A DNA stretch of 64,000 nt from Bacteroidota bacterium (GTDB lineage Bacteria; Bacteroidota; Bacteroidia; UBA7662): positions 6,536 to 70,535 of the forward strand of contig SYHX01000034.1 in NCBI GenBank assembly GCA_005799025.1, read 5' to 3'. The notes beneath the pieces were generated by a model. It did not search any database. It was given only the letters and a program-made list of their open reading frames with translations, and was not told the DNA's origin. Within the stretch, counting starts at the first letter, position 1. Every line of letters begins with the position of its first letter. Below, piece by piece: positions 9,177 through 19,069 of the stretch. The translations under genes and the position numbers were made by a program.

Positions 9177-11459
9177 TTAGAGGTTCCATTGAGCTTGGAG
9201 GAGAAAGGCCCGGGGTGGGCCCAGATTGCCGGGGACAACGGCGTAGGCTCTGTTGAAGGCGTTCCGTACCAAGACCGAGATTTTGAAATGCTTTTGAATT
9301 TGATAGGCCGTTCGCAAATCGACGATCCAATCCCCTTGGTTGTTTTGTTGGCGAAATTCTGCAGTGCCTGGAATAAAGGAATAAAAAATATCGTCAATTT
9401 TGAGCATAAAGCTGTTGTAGCGAAGGTTAATACCCGCTTGCATTCGCCCTCTTTCCCATAACAAGTCGGACCTCCACAGGTGGCGGCTGCGGTATTTGAG
9501 GGTGTCTTCTACGATATAGTCCGGTTCCGAAGGAATGGGCATGGCGTACTGGGTAGGTTGGGTGAACGTATAGCCCATCATCCAACGTAGGGTGTGGGTG
9601 CCCATTCGGGCTTGTCCTTCGGTCCCTGCTTCAATGCCCCACATCACAGCCGTGGTGTTCAGGAGATTGATCGCCTTGAACCCAGCACCATCGGGCCATA
9701 ATTTGAAACTAAATTCGATCATGTCGGTATAACGGGTGTAGAAGGAGGCAAGGTCTATCCCGCCTTGGATTGAACCGAATTTATAACCCTGGCGCAGGCC
9801 TATTTCACCGCTCCACCCTTGCTCTGGTTGCAGAACAGGGTTGGGTAACACTTCCACCGCTCCCCCCACGGCCCGTACATAGCGCTCGGCTACCGACGGT
9901 GCACGAAAACCCTGACCCACCGAGGCCCGGAGATGGGTAGCGGGTCGCAGGGCATAGGTCAACCCCGAACGAAAAATGGGAAATCGAATCAAGGAATCGG
10001 ATTCGATACGGGTGGATTCCATGCGCCCACCCAATGAGAGACCCAGACGACCGGCTTGGATATCCATTTGGGTGTACAGTGCCACCGAGCGGCTGTTCCG
10101 ATCCCCGTAAAGACCTTCACTTTGCACGTTGTTATGAAGGTAGGTGACTCCGCTGTTGCTGACCCAGCTCGATTTGTTTGGCCCCACAAAGCGTCGTTGA
10201 AATTGGTATTCGTGGTAACGCATCAAACCGCGCACATTACGATCGCTGTCGCCCATGTTTTGGGTGAGGTACCAACGGTTCTTGAGGGCGTGATTATTAC
10301 CCCAAGGATCCGTATAGCGAAGGACAGGGTCCAGCATAGCACGTCGGCTAAGCAGGGTGTCGTTGGTTCCTACAGCCGGAAAATGCGCGGAGTCCAAATT
10401 GTTCCAAAACAGAAAACTACCATTTTTTTCGGTCATCAAGTTCGCTGCCAGACTCAACATGAGTTTGGAGCTGAGGCGATAACGCAAGGCGGTATTGACC
10501 CGCAGACGGTTACCAAATTCACCCACACGGTACCCGGGATCAGTGAGGGCCATGGCGCCCACCGTCCAATCCAGACGTCCTGAATTTTGTTGATAGAAAC
10601 CGTTGATACCGGATTGAAGGGGCATGCGTCCGGGATAAGGGTCCGTGAATTTGGCCGGAGGGTGATCGTAACCCAAGGCATAGGTCTGCAGCATTCCACC
10701 CGGTTTGAGCCCCGGCCATTGACTTCGCAGATGAATGGCTCCTCCCAAGGCCCCGCTTCCAAAAAGGACTGACGATGCCCCTTTGATGACCTCAATCTGC
10801 GATAGCATTTCCATGGGCATAAAGGCCCAACGCACATCGTTGGCATCGGCGCTCAGCAAGGGCATTTCGTCCAGGAGTACCTGAACCCTACTTCCCGCCC
10901 CGTAACTAAATCCCGAAGTACCGCGGATATTGGCTTGCCCGTTCACTATGCTGACCCCTGGTACCCGGTCCATGGCATCGTCCAAGCGGGTTAAGTTGTT
11001 TTGGCGCAGGAGTTCAGGTTGCAGGATTTGCATGGAGACCGACACTTCAGAGAGTCTTTGTTCAAAGCGGCCAGCGCTGATGACCACGGCCTCCAGGTTT
11101 TGGGTAAGCGGTTCCAAAACAATGTTCAAAGGACCCCAGGTTCCATTGGATGCAGGGAATGGAACAGGGATCCATCGGGTCATGTATCCTACTGCAGAAA
11201 CACGAAGGGAACAACCCTGGGCCACCGCTATCAATTCAAAACTGCCATCGCTTCGGCTCGCTGTTCCTCCTGTAGGGGGTGGGGTGGTCAAGTTGTGGGC
11301 GGGACACATCCATTGAAGGTTGGCTCCTGCCAAGGGGCTTTGAAGTTCAGCGTCCAGAACCTTTCCTTGCAGGAAGGCTTGAGCTTGGGTTCCATCAGTC
11401 ACGCCAAGGCTAAGGCACAGGATTCCGATCCAAAATGTTTTTAGAGTTGTACGGTCCAT
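9177..11459 (-). CDS. TonB-dependent outer-membrane receptor with N-terminal carboxypeptidase-regulatory-like domain (760 aa)
   Basis: Signal peptide MDRTTLKTFWIGILCLSLGVTDGTQAQA. CarbopepD_reg-like stretch (QGKVLDAELQSPLAGANLQW...SFEL). Plug region (VVISAGRFEQRLSEVSVSMQIL, IRGTSGF). Long beta-barrel ending ...LLQAQWNL. Confidence 0.8.
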   Translation of the reverse strand: MDRTTLKTFWIGILCLSLGVTDGTQAQAFLQGKVLDAELQSPLAGANLQWMCPAHNLTTPPPTGGTASRSDGSFELIAVAQGCSLRVSAVGYMTRWIPVPFPASNGTWGPLNIVLEPLTQNLEAVVISAGRFEQRLSEVSVSMQILQPELLRQNNLTRLDDAMDRVPGVSIVNGQANIRGTSGFSYGAGSRVQVLLDEMPLLSADANDVRWAFMPMEMLSQIEVIKGASSVLFGSGALGGAIHLRSQWPGLKPGGMLQTYALGYDHPPAKFTDPYPGRMPLQSGINGFYQQNSGRLDWTVGAMALTDPGYRVGEFGNRLRVNTALRYRLSSKLMLSLAANLMTEKNGSFLFWNNLDSAHFPAVGTNDTLLSRRAMLDPVLRYTDPWGNNHALKNRWYLTQNMGDSDRNVRGLMRYHEYQFQRRFVGPNKSSWVSNSGVTYLHNNVQSEGLYGDRNSRSVALYTQMDIQAGRLGLSLGGRMESTRIESDSLIRFPIFRSGLTYALRPATHLRASVGQGFRAPSVAERYVRAVGGAVEVLPNPVLQPEQGWSGEIGLRQGYKFGSIQGGIDLASFYTRYTDMIEFSFKLWPDGAGFKAINLLNTTAVMWGIEAGTEGQARMGTHTLRWMMGYTFTQPTQYAMPIPSEPDYIVEDTLKYRSRHLWRSDLLWERGRMQAGINLRYNSFMLKIDDIFYSFIPGTAEFRQQNNQGDWIVDLRTAYQIQKHFKISVLVRNAFNRAYAVVPGNLGPPRAFLLQAQWNL

Positions 11460-13714
11460 TGCACTTGAAAGTTACGTTGTTCTCCAATATTGCCAGGTAC
11501 GGGCATCCAGCTCCTGTTTAGCGCGTTGCGTACGATGAAATTAAAACGGTAGCGTCCCTGATAGCTAGTCCAACCAAACCTAAGATCCACCAACCAATCC
11601 CCATGACGGGTTCGGATTCGGTGATCCAACAGACCAGGGATAAAACGATAATAGTCTTTGTCAATATTGAGAGGAATAGAATTGTAACGAATTTGGCTGG
11701 TCAATGTCCAGGACTTCAGGTGATACGAAATTTCTGCTCGTAACAAATTCCGGTAACGATACTTCAGGAAACGCATCAAATCCGTCAAGGTTGAATTATA
11801 GGCAGAATCAAAGGCCGGTGGACGCAGATTCAGAGGGTTACTGAACGTATACCCTAAACGGTATTGGAACATTCCTTTGGACGATGGCAGGCTTCCACTA
11901 AATTGAGCTTCAACACCTTGTATCGTGGCTTCTGGTACACCCATCGGTTTGAAACGGGCGTATTTTTGAGCAATTCTAGACAACTTTTCGTTATCACTTA
12001 ATGTTGAATCATTGAGCCAGGCGTTATCCTGGGCATCGTAAACAGTGGGTAATTGAACACTAAAATTAAATTCGACGAGGTTGCGGTAGAAGGAATGGAA
12101 GAGGGCGAGGTCCAGTTCGGGTTGCCAAGCACTGCGTCCAAATCGATGCAGGTAACCCACTTCGGCAGACCAACTTTCTTCGGCGTTCAAGGTGCTATCG
12201 CCCAGAATTCGTACCCCGCCGATTTTGGAATTGGAATAGAGTTCGGCGATGCTGGGTAAACGAAAGCCTTGGCCGATGGAGGCCCGTAGGAATCCACCCC
12301 GAGCTGGGTCGGGCGTTGGGTCTATCCACAATGGCATAATTTGAATCGAATCAAACGATGCGGATTGAAACTTATTGTTAAAACGACTGGGTTTCACAAG
12401 GTGGTAATTGAGGGAAGTCCTGATTTGGGGTAGGGTAAGGCGTTCCAGTCCGTTCGTCACATAACGCTCCATACGCATTCCGCCCCCCCATGTCCAGCGA
12501 TTTTCTTGGTAATCGGCTTGGGCATAGATCGCTTGCTGTGAAGAACCTTGTTGACGATAGAGGTTCTTGGAATCAATGGTATTCTGTTGGAGAACTGCAC
12601 CCACCATCAAGGAAATGTTTTGGGACGGAATTATCCATCGCAGCGTAGGTTCGCTGTAGGCCATAAGCGCAAGCGCAAAATCTTCGTTGTTGAAATTATT
12701 GTAAGAATAATAATAACGGTTCAACCATCGGAATTGAAAGCGAGCGCCGAGATAAGTGATAGATGGATCAATGAGCCAACGCCGGTTGATTTGCGGGTTG
12801 GTGGAACCAGGTGCGGGCACAAACGCATCGGTATCGCTTTTCCAAATCGAAAATAAACGCATCGAGTCAATCAAAAAATGACCGGATAAACCGACCGACC
12901 AACCGCGCCCTAAGCTCTGTCGAAAATTCAATCCACCGCGCAGTCTTTTGCTGGTTTCTCCAATCCTAAATCCCTGGTCTGCAACGGCTTGAAAACTCCC
13001 TACAACTTCGGTTTTCCCATATCGAGCGCTGTGCAAATACGATAAGCCATTCATGGTCGGGTAATTGGAACGCCCCCACGGGTTGCGATGAAAGGTTGGT
13101 GGCTCGGCATAGATTCCACTGAAACCGCTGATTACATGCAGTGGTTCAGGACCAGGTCTGCGGGTACGAAAATGAACCACGCCACCCAAGGCAGAGGATC
13201 CGTATAAGGCGGAACCAGCGGTTTTGAGAACTTCGATTTGTTCTAGTTGCTCGGTAGGCAGCAATTTCCAATGGACTTCGGCCGCATCTGCCGAAAGGAG
13301 AGGCAACCCGTCCAAAAGCATCAATGCACGGCTTCCGGCGTTGAGGGTAAATCCTCCACTTCCGCGGATACTTAGTTGGCCCCTAAGGCTGTAGACCCCG
13401 GACATCCGGTTCAAAGCATCTTCGGGGGTCAGGCTGTTGAAGGTTTCGACATCTTGACGTGTGAGGAGGCCCAAGCTTGCGGTGGATCGCTCCAATCGTT
13501 GGACAATCCGGGAACTGGTCACCACCACCGGTTGCAAAACTTTGAGGTTGGCATTCCAAGAGGTATCGCGGGTGGGTAGATTGACATCCAAGGGGGGGGA
13601 GCTTGCCTGGCCCAGCAATAGGGTTGGCGCTGTTATATGGGCGCTGATCATAACCCAAAAGGAAAGTCGAATAAATGAAAACAAAGCCGGTCTTGAAAAA
13701 CCGAATTTAGCCAT
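11441..13714 (-). CDS. TonB-dependent outer-membrane receptor (paralog of 9177-11459, lacks the CarbopepD_reg domain)
   Basis: Plug motifs (VVVTSSRIVQRLERSTASLGLLTRQDVE, IRGSGGF). C-terminal barrel region RNALNRSWMPVPGNIGEQRNFQVQWTVQL is parallel to RNAFNRAYAVVPGNLGPPRAFLLQAQWNL in the neighbour. The 5' end is uncertain: candidate Met codons lie at 13789, 13723, 13714 and 13651. The gene overlaps the start of its neighbour by 19 nt. Confidence 0.75.
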   Translation of the reverse strand: MAKFGFSRPALFSFIRLSFWVMISAHITAPTLLLGQASSPPLDVNLPTRDTSWNANLKVLQPVVVTSSRIVQRLERSTASLGLLTRQDVETFNSLTPEDALNRMSGVYSLRGQLSIRGSGGFTLNAGSRALMLLDGLPLLSADAAEVHWKLLPTEQLEQIEVLKTAGSALYGSSALGGVVHFRTRRPGPEPLHVISGFSGIYAEPPTFHRNPWGRSNYPTMNGLSYLHSARYGKTEVVGSFQAVADQGFRIGETSKRLRGGLNFRQSLGRGWSVGLSGHFLIDSMRLFSIWKSDTDAFVPAPGSTNPQINRRWLIDPSITYLGARFQFRWLNRYYYSYNNFNNEDFALALMAYSEPTLRWIIPSQNISLMVGAVLQQNTIDSKNLYRQQGSSQQAIYAQADYQENRWTWGGGMRMERYVTNGLERLTLPQIRTSLNYHLVKPSRFNNKFQSASFDSIQIMPLWIDPTPDPARGGFLRASIGQGFRLPSIAELYSNSKIGGVRILGDSTLNAEESWSAEVGYLHRFGRSAWQPELDLALFHSFYRNLVEFNFSVQLPTVYDAQDNAWLNDSTLSDNEKLSRIAQKYARFKPMGVPEATIQGVEAQFSGSLPSSKGMFQYRLGYTFSNPLNLRPPAFDSAYNSTLTDLMRFLKYRYRNLLRAEISYHLKSWTLTSQIRYNSIPLNIDKDYYRFIPGLLDHRIRTRHGDWLVDLRFGWTSYQGRYRFNFIVRNALNRSWMPVPGNIGEQRNFQVQWTVQL

Positions 13715-13721
13715 AAAAGTC

Positions 13722-15002
13722 ATGAAAAAAGAAACGATCATTGAGCTCATGGCAAAGGCCTCTTTACCCGGGGTCGGTCCTGTCACCATCCGAAAGGTAC
13801 TGGCTGCTTTGGCCTCAGTTCAAGACATGATGAATCCAGGACCTATTGATCATTTTTTGAAAGATCAGCCGCAGGACATTCCACAGAATAAGGTGGACAC
13901 GATGTTGGGTGTCGATGGCTACCGATTAGCTTCTTTGGGTCCTTGGGGGAAGCGTCTGGCCTTGGCCATAAACAAAGACAAGGACGGACGAGTTCTGCAA
14001 AACAATTTGGCCTTCTTTCGAAGGGAATGGGAGATCAGCCAGGGTGAAGGTATACGTTGGGTGGACCTGTATGCAGAAGATTATCCAAGCCAACTTCAGC
14101 CATGTATCAACGCTCCTTTGTTGCTGTATGTAAAGGGCAAATTACCAAACCAATACGACTACAGCATGGCGGTGGTGGGTACTCGTAACATGAGTTCGTA
14201 TGGGGCATTCGTCCTGCGACAATATTTGGAGGAGCTTTCGATCGGTTGGCAGGATTCCTTACATAAACCAATAGTTGTTAGTGGTTTGGCCCGTGGTGTC
14301 GACACGCATGCCCACGATTTGGCGCTTGAATGCGGCATGGCGACCTTAGCTGTGATGGCGAACGGATTAGCATCGGTTTATCCCGCCCAAAATCGCGGCC
14401 TGGCCTCTAGAATTATGCGTGATGGGGCATTAATCAGCGAGTCACCGGCATACCAATCGCCCGACGCGCGTTTGTTCGCGAGCAGGAACCGTATCATTGC
14501 TGGAATATGTACAGGAACTCTGGTAGTTGAGGCAGCAGCCCGTGGCGGAGCCTTGATTACTGCCCGCTATGCTCAAGAATACGGTCGCCATGTATTGGCC
14601 TTTCCGGGTAGAGTGACTGACCAAAACTACCGCGGATGTTTGCAGATGATCATGGAGGGTCAGGCCTTGATGACCTGTTCCCCGTATGATTTGGCGACTT
14701 TGATGAAGTGGCCTATAAGAGAATGCAGACTTGAAGGGATTCGCTTTGAAGGGCGCACTGCAATGCACCAAAGATCTCCTTTTTACCCAGGCGATTTAAA
14801 TTCCTCCAAACTATCTCAAAATTTAGGCTTGGGTGCCGCCCAAGTTTTCTCTTCCATGGAATTGCATGAACCGGTCTCTGCCGATCTGCTATGGGAAGCA
14901 TTCCCAGGAGATTATCCCGGATTCGTGTGTGCGTTGTTCGAATTAGAAACCAAAGGTTGGATAACAAGGAATGTAAGTGGGGCGTTGGTTCGACTTCGTT
15001 GA
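13722..15002 (+). CDS. dprA: DNA-processing protein A (DprA/Smf)
   Basis: Rossmann-like DprA core strings GLARGVDTHAHDLALECGMATLAVMANGLASVYPAQNRGLA and SESP...FASRNRIIAGI. The true ATG at 13722 (MKKETIIELMAK) was found inside the longer track ORF. There is a C-terminal winged-helix-like extension. Confidence 0.85.
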   Translation: MKKETIIELMAKASLPGVGPVTIRKVLAALASVQDMMNPGPIDHFLKDQPQDIPQNKVDTMLGVDGYRLASLGPWGKRLALAINKDKDGRVLQNNLAFFRREWEISQGEGIRWVDLYAEDYPSQLQPCINAPLLLYVKGKLPNQYDYSMAVVGTRNMSSYGAFVLRQYLEELSIGWQDSLHKPIVVSGLARGVDTHAHDLALECGMATLAVMANGLASVYPAQNRGLASRIMRDGALISESPAYQSPDARLFASRNRIIAGICTGTLVVEAAARGGALITARYAQEYGRHVLAFPGRVTDQNYRGCLQMIMEGQALMTCSPYDLATLMKWPIRECRLEGIRFEGRTAMHQRSPFYPGDLNSSKLSQNLGLGAAQVFSSMELHEPVSADLLWEAFPGDYPGFVCALFELETKGWITRNVSGALVRLR

Positions 15003-15064
15003 TTTCAAAATTTATTTTCAGGTTGAACCGCCTATGATTCAAAGACAAAGGGTGATAACACGGA

Positions 15065-15655
15065 TCAACCTTGCAGACCTAATGTTTTCCTGCAGAGGGA
15101 ATACTCCGCTGAATCATTGGATGCGATTACCAGACAGCGACCTGTGGACACTTTGGCCAAAAGATTTTGGAACCAATTTTGACCATGGGCGTCGAGATGA
15201 CTATGCGGTTCGTCCAGAAGCAAAAGAGAGGATTCACTGAGTAAGGCCAAAACCAGGCGCAATTTCTGAGTCATTCCTGCACTGTAGTATTGGACTTGCA
15301 AGGAGGCCTTGGCCCTAAGGCCTGCAGCCTCCAATTCTTCCATGGGATGATAACCACCAAGCATTGGATTGAGAGTGAAATGGAAATCAAGTAATTCTTT
15401 CAAGGTGAATTCACCAGGAAGTTCCATGCCCGGAGATGCCATGGCGGGTCGTCCTATGGGTGATTCGCTCCATTTCATTTGTCCAAGGTCTGGACGGACC
15501 AGCCCTGCTAGACAGTGTAGCAATGTGGATTTTCCACTACCGTTGGGTCCTGTGATGGCAAGCCCGTTACCCGGTTCAATTTGTAAGTTCAGGTTTCTGA
15601 AGAGCCAATGACCACCGAACTGCTTGCCGATGGAGTCAAGTTGCAAGACGGGCAT
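15065..15655 (-). CDS. Small CcmA-like ABC transporter ATP-binding protein with degenerate signature and H-loop (196 aa)
   Basis: Walker A ITGPNGSGKSTLL. Degenerate signature YSAGMTQKL (compare LSAGQ of CcmA). Walker B LLLLDEPHSHLD. No conserved H-loop histidine (IASNDSAEY). It lies 18 nt downstream of lpxA on the same strand with no adjacent permease. Confidence 0.7.
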   Translation of the reverse strand: MPVLQLDSIGKQFGGHWLFRNLNLQIEPGNGLAITGPNGSGKSTLLHCLAGLVRPDLGQMKWSESPIGRPAMASPGMELPGEFTLKELLDFHFTLNPMLGGYHPMEELEAAGLRAKASLQVQYYSAGMTQKLRLVLALLSESSLLLLDEPHSHLDAHGQNWFQNLLAKVSTGRCLVIASNDSAEYSLCRKTLGLQG

Positions 15656-15673
15656 GACGCGATTAGGATTTTT

Positions 15674-16450
15674 TTATTCAATCATCCCACGAATCACTCC
15701 GGCGCTGGAATGTCGAACGAATTGCAAAATACGATCTCTGATTTTGGACGGCGCGATATCGACTTCGACTTGTTCAATTGCCCTTGTAATGTTATAACCA
15801 CGAACATAAATAACCCGATACACGTCTTCAATCAAGCGAATTTCATCTTCCTTGAAACCCCTGCGACGAAGACCAATCACATTGACACCGGCGAAGGATA
15901 ATGGGTCTTTGGCACATTTCACAAAGGGGGGCACATCTTTGCGGACCAGTGATCCTCCACCCACAAAGCTGTGTTCGCCAATGGTAAGGAATTGCTGAAC
16001 CGCAACCAGGCCCTCCAAAATTGCCCAATTATGCACCGTTATATGACCTGCAAGGGTGGCCAAATTGGCCATGATGACATGATCGCCCAGCAAGCAATCG
16101 TGGGCTACGTGGGTATAAGCCATGAGCAGGCAGTCTCTCCCCACAACGGTTTCATTTCGGTCAGTGGTTCCTCGGTTAATGGTCACACATTCTCGGATGA
16201 CTGTCCTGTCGCCTATCCTTGTGAGAGTAGGTTCACCCCGGTATTTGAGGTCCTGAGGAGGAGCTGAAATAACCGCACCTGGAAAAACCTGAACTGAATC
16301 GCCAATACGGGCGCCTTTCATGATGGTGCATCCCGGCCCCAACCAACAATGGTTCCCAATAATGACATCGTCTTCAATGGTCACAAATGGGGACACCATT
16401 GTGCCCTCCCCAATCCGGGCATTTGGGTCAATGTCGGCGAATTTGCTCAT
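15674..16450 (-). CDS. lpxA: Acyl-ACP--UDP-N-acetylglucosamine O-acyltransferase
   Basis: Hexapeptide-repeat left-handed beta-helix and an LpxA C-terminal helical domain (GVNVIGLRRRGFKEDEI). 258 aa. Confidence 0.85.
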   Translation of the reverse strand: MSKFADIDPNARIGEGTMVSPFVTIEDDVIIGNHCWLGPGCTIMKGARIGDSVQVFPGAVISAPPQDLKYRGEPTLTRIGDRTVIRECVTINRGTTDRNETVVGRDCLLMAYTHVAHDCLLGDHVIMANLATLAGHITVHNWAILEGLVAVQQFLTIGEHSFVGGGSLVRKDVPPFVKCAKDPLSFAGVNVIGLRRRGFKEDEIRLIEDVYRVIYVRGYNITRAIEQVEVDIAPSKIRDRILQFVRHSSAGVIRGMIE

Positions 16451-17865
16451 GATTTCCGAACCAATTGAGCCATTAATTCAGCTTCAACCACCTTTTGATC
16501 CTGAACAAAGGCCTGAGCATCCATACGGCAAATACCCCGACGTATAGGTTCGATGAGTCTTAGTCTGAGAATCAAGGTATCTCCTGGGAGTACTTTCCCC
16601 TTGAATTTTACTTTATCAATGCGCGTGAAATAGGTCCAATAACCACCAGGATCATCCATGAGGTTCAGGCACAAAACACCACCGGCTTGAGCCAAAGCCT
16701 CAATGGTCAGCACGCCGGGCATGACAGGATTGCCTGGAAAATGACCTTGAAAAAAACCTTCGTTGATGCTAACGTTTTTGATCCCTACAACGTGCTGGTC
16801 TGAAATTTCAACGATTTTGTCCACTAAGAGAAAAGGATAGCGGTGCGGCAGAAACTGCATGATTTGATTGGAGTCAAAGACTGTTTCGGTTGGTACCGTT
16901 ATGACCTTAGAGGCAGCTTTACTTGACTTTTTCCTCTCCTGACTAAGCATGAATTTTCGGAAGGCCAAAGCAAAGGCTGCATTGGAGCTATGGCCTGGCT
17001 TGTGGGCGATGGCATGGGCTTTCAACCTCCGTCCAATAAGCGAGAAATCACCAACCACATCAAGAAGTTTGTGACGCGCAGGTTCATTATCGAAATAAAG
17101 CTCCCGATGGTTGAGCACTCCAGCATTTTGAAATTGAAGATCTGGATGCCCAAACATATCCCGTAGATTGCCCCAATGTTCTTCTGCAACAGGGTTTTCG
17201 ATGAAAACAAGGGCATTGTTAAGATCACCGCCTTGAATGAGCTTACTGTTGTACATGGTTTCCAACTCATGTAGGAAACAAAATGTTCTGCAGGGTGCAA
17301 TTTCCTTGGCAAAGGTTGCCAAAGAATCCATCCTAGCGTGCTGTCTTCCTAAGGCTTTGGAGTCAAAGTCGATAAGAACGGAGACTCTGTAATCTGAATC
17401 AGGTAACATATCTATTTCCGTACCTTTGAGGTCATCCTCAAAATGAAAATGCTCTTTCAACTCAAAATACTGCCTAGGGGCATTTTGCTCGGCTATCCCT
17501 GCTTTTTGTAGTGTTTCAATAAAGGGCAATGCGCTACCATCGGCGATAGGAAGTTCGGGTGAATTGAGTTCTATAATAACATTATCCAAGTCCATTGCAG
17601 TGAGAGCAGATAGCGCATGCTCCACTGTAAGGACTTGGGCTTCTCCCAAACCTAAAGTGGTACCCCTGCTGGTTTCTACAACATATTCAGCCAAGGCGGG
17701 GATTTCCACAATAGGATTTAAATCGGTCCTCCGAAAAACGAAGCCGGTATCTTCAGGGGCAGGGATAAAGCGAAGAACCACCGGTGATCCGCTGTGCAAT
17801 CCTACTCCCTCCATCGAAACGGGATGAGCGATGGTCTTTTGAAATATTGTTTTAGAACTTTTCAT
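16447..17865 (-). CDS. lpxC-fabZ: Bifunctional UDP-3-O-acyl-GlcNAc deacetylase / 3-hydroxyacyl-ACP dehydratase (LpxC-FabZ fusion)
   Basis: The N-terminal ~300 aa are LpxC-like (TIAHPVSMEGVGLHSG, HALSALTAMDLDNVIIEL). The C-terminal ~150 aa are a FabZ hot-dog fold (PHRYPFLLVDKI, GHFPGNPVMPGVLTIEALAQ). This fusion is typical of Bacteroidota. The gene overlaps lpxA by 4 nt. Confidence 0.85.
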   Translation of the reverse strand: MKSSKTIFQKTIAHPVSMEGVGLHSGSPVVLRFIPAPEDTGFVFRRTDLNPIVEIPALAEYVVETSRGTTLGLGEAQVLTVEHALSALTAMDLDNVIIELNSPELPIADGSALPFIETLQKAGIAEQNAPRQYFELKEHFHFEDDLKGTEIDMLPDSDYRVSVLIDFDSKALGRQHARMDSLATFAKEIAPCRTFCFLHELETMYNSKLIQGGDLNNALVFIENPVAEEHWGNLRDMFGHPDLQFQNAGVLNHRELYFDNEPARHKLLDVVGDFSLIGRRLKAHAIAHKPGHSSNAAFALAFRKFMLSQERKKSSKAASKVITVPTETVFDSNQIMQFLPHRYPFLLVDKIVEISDQHVVGIKNVSINEGFFQGHFPGNPVMPGVLTIEALAQAGGVLCLNLMDDPGGYWTYFTRIDKVKFKGKVLPGDTLILRLRLIEPIRRGICRMDAQAFVQDQKVVEAELMAQLVRKS

Positions 17866-17878
17866 GAATGGGTTTCCT

Positions 17879-18961
17879 CTAGGCTCCTTGGGTCTTGGCC
17901 TTTTCGAATTCGCGGACTAGGTTGATATAGGCATCTTTCAAAGTTTGAATTTCAACCTTTAGTTCAGATTCTATTTGGGGGAGCTTGCGAAATAGGGCAT
18001 TTGACCGCTGATTATCCATATAAGACATGATAGGGGTACCGTTCCATTTCCGGTTGGCATCCTCAATGGTATGCGTTACCCCTGCTTGACCCCCTATTTG
18101 AGAACCGGAGGCGATCTGTAAATGGCCAGCAACTCCAACTTGCCCCCCGAAAACACACTTTTCTCCAATTTTGGTACTACCTGAAATGCCTGTTTGCGCT
18201 GCAATCACCGAATGGGCACCCAATTCCACATTATGGGCGAGGTGTACGAGGTTGTCAATTTTGCAACCATCACCTACGGTAGTAGCACCCATGGTGGCCC
18301 TGTCAATTGTTGCATTGGCACCTACCTCAACATCATTACCCAAAATCACAATCCCAGTTTGAGGAATTTTGGCGTAAACATAATCCTTGTCGGGCGCATA
18401 GCCGAACCCATCCGATCCGATCACTGCATTCGCATACAGAACGCAGCGGTCTCCGATTTGACAGCCATCCAATATGCGAACACCGGGGTGCAAAATGCAA
18501 TTTTCGCCAAGGCTAACCCTTGAGCCAATATAGACCTGCGAGGCTATTCGGCACCCTGCACCAATTCTCGAGTTTTCGGAAATAACTGAATAAGGGCCTA
18601 TTCCTACATTTACTCCAAGGTTGGCTGAAGGATCCACTGTTGATTGGGGATGAATTCCAAGATGGTAAACAGGTTCTTTTTGAAAGGCCTTGAGAACGAG
18701 TCCGAAGGAAGAATAAGCGTCAGAAACCTTGATAATGGTGGTTTGAACTGGTATTAGAGGCAATTCCAAACGGTGGTCAACAATGAGGGCACCCGCACGG
18801 CATTGGTCCAGGTGAACCAAATATTTGGGATTAGCAAGAAAAGAAATCTGGTTGGCTCCGGCATCTTCGATTTTGGCGGGGCTGTGGATCACTCGGGTCT
18901 CATCGCCAAGGCATTCCCCGCCCACGATGTTGGCGATTTCTTTGCATAGCAATTCCATCAT
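17879..18961 (-). CDS. lpxD: UDP-3-O-(3-hydroxyacyl)glucosamine N-acyltransferase
   Basis: LpxD N-terminal domain (ISFLANPKYLVHL), then hexapeptide repeats and a C-terminal coiled helix. 360 aa. Confidence 0.85.
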   Translation of the reverse strand: MMELLCKEIANIVGGECLGDETRVIHSPAKIEDAGANQISFLANPKYLVHLDQCRAGALIVDHRLELPLIPVQTTIIKVSDAYSSFGLVLKAFQKEPVYHLGIHPQSTVDPSANLGVNVGIGPYSVISENSRIGAGCRIASQVYIGSRVSLGENCILHPGVRILDGCQIGDRCVLYANAVIGSDGFGYAPDKDYVYAKIPQTGIVILGNDVEVGANATIDRATMGATTVGDGCKIDNLVHLAHNVELGAHSVIAAQTGISGSTKIGEKCVFGGQVGVAGHLQIASGSQIGGQAGVTHTIEDANRKWNGTPIMSYMDNQRSNALFRKLPQIESELKVEIQTLKDAYINLVREFEKAKTQGA

Positions 18962-19069
18962 AATCTCGCAAATATCTGCACAATTGCTTCAATTAGGGCT
19001 TTCTTAAATGGCTCAAAGGGGATCCTGCTGCACGGCATTGGTTGCTCTGCAGGCAGGTTGTGGTTTTGA

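Noticed and set aside
14985-15000. GGTTCGACTTCG resembling a tRNA T-arm
   Set aside because: It lies in the last codons of dprA (…ALVRLR stop), and no acceptor or anticodon stem can be built around it. I found no tRNA-like cloverleaf anywhere in the window.
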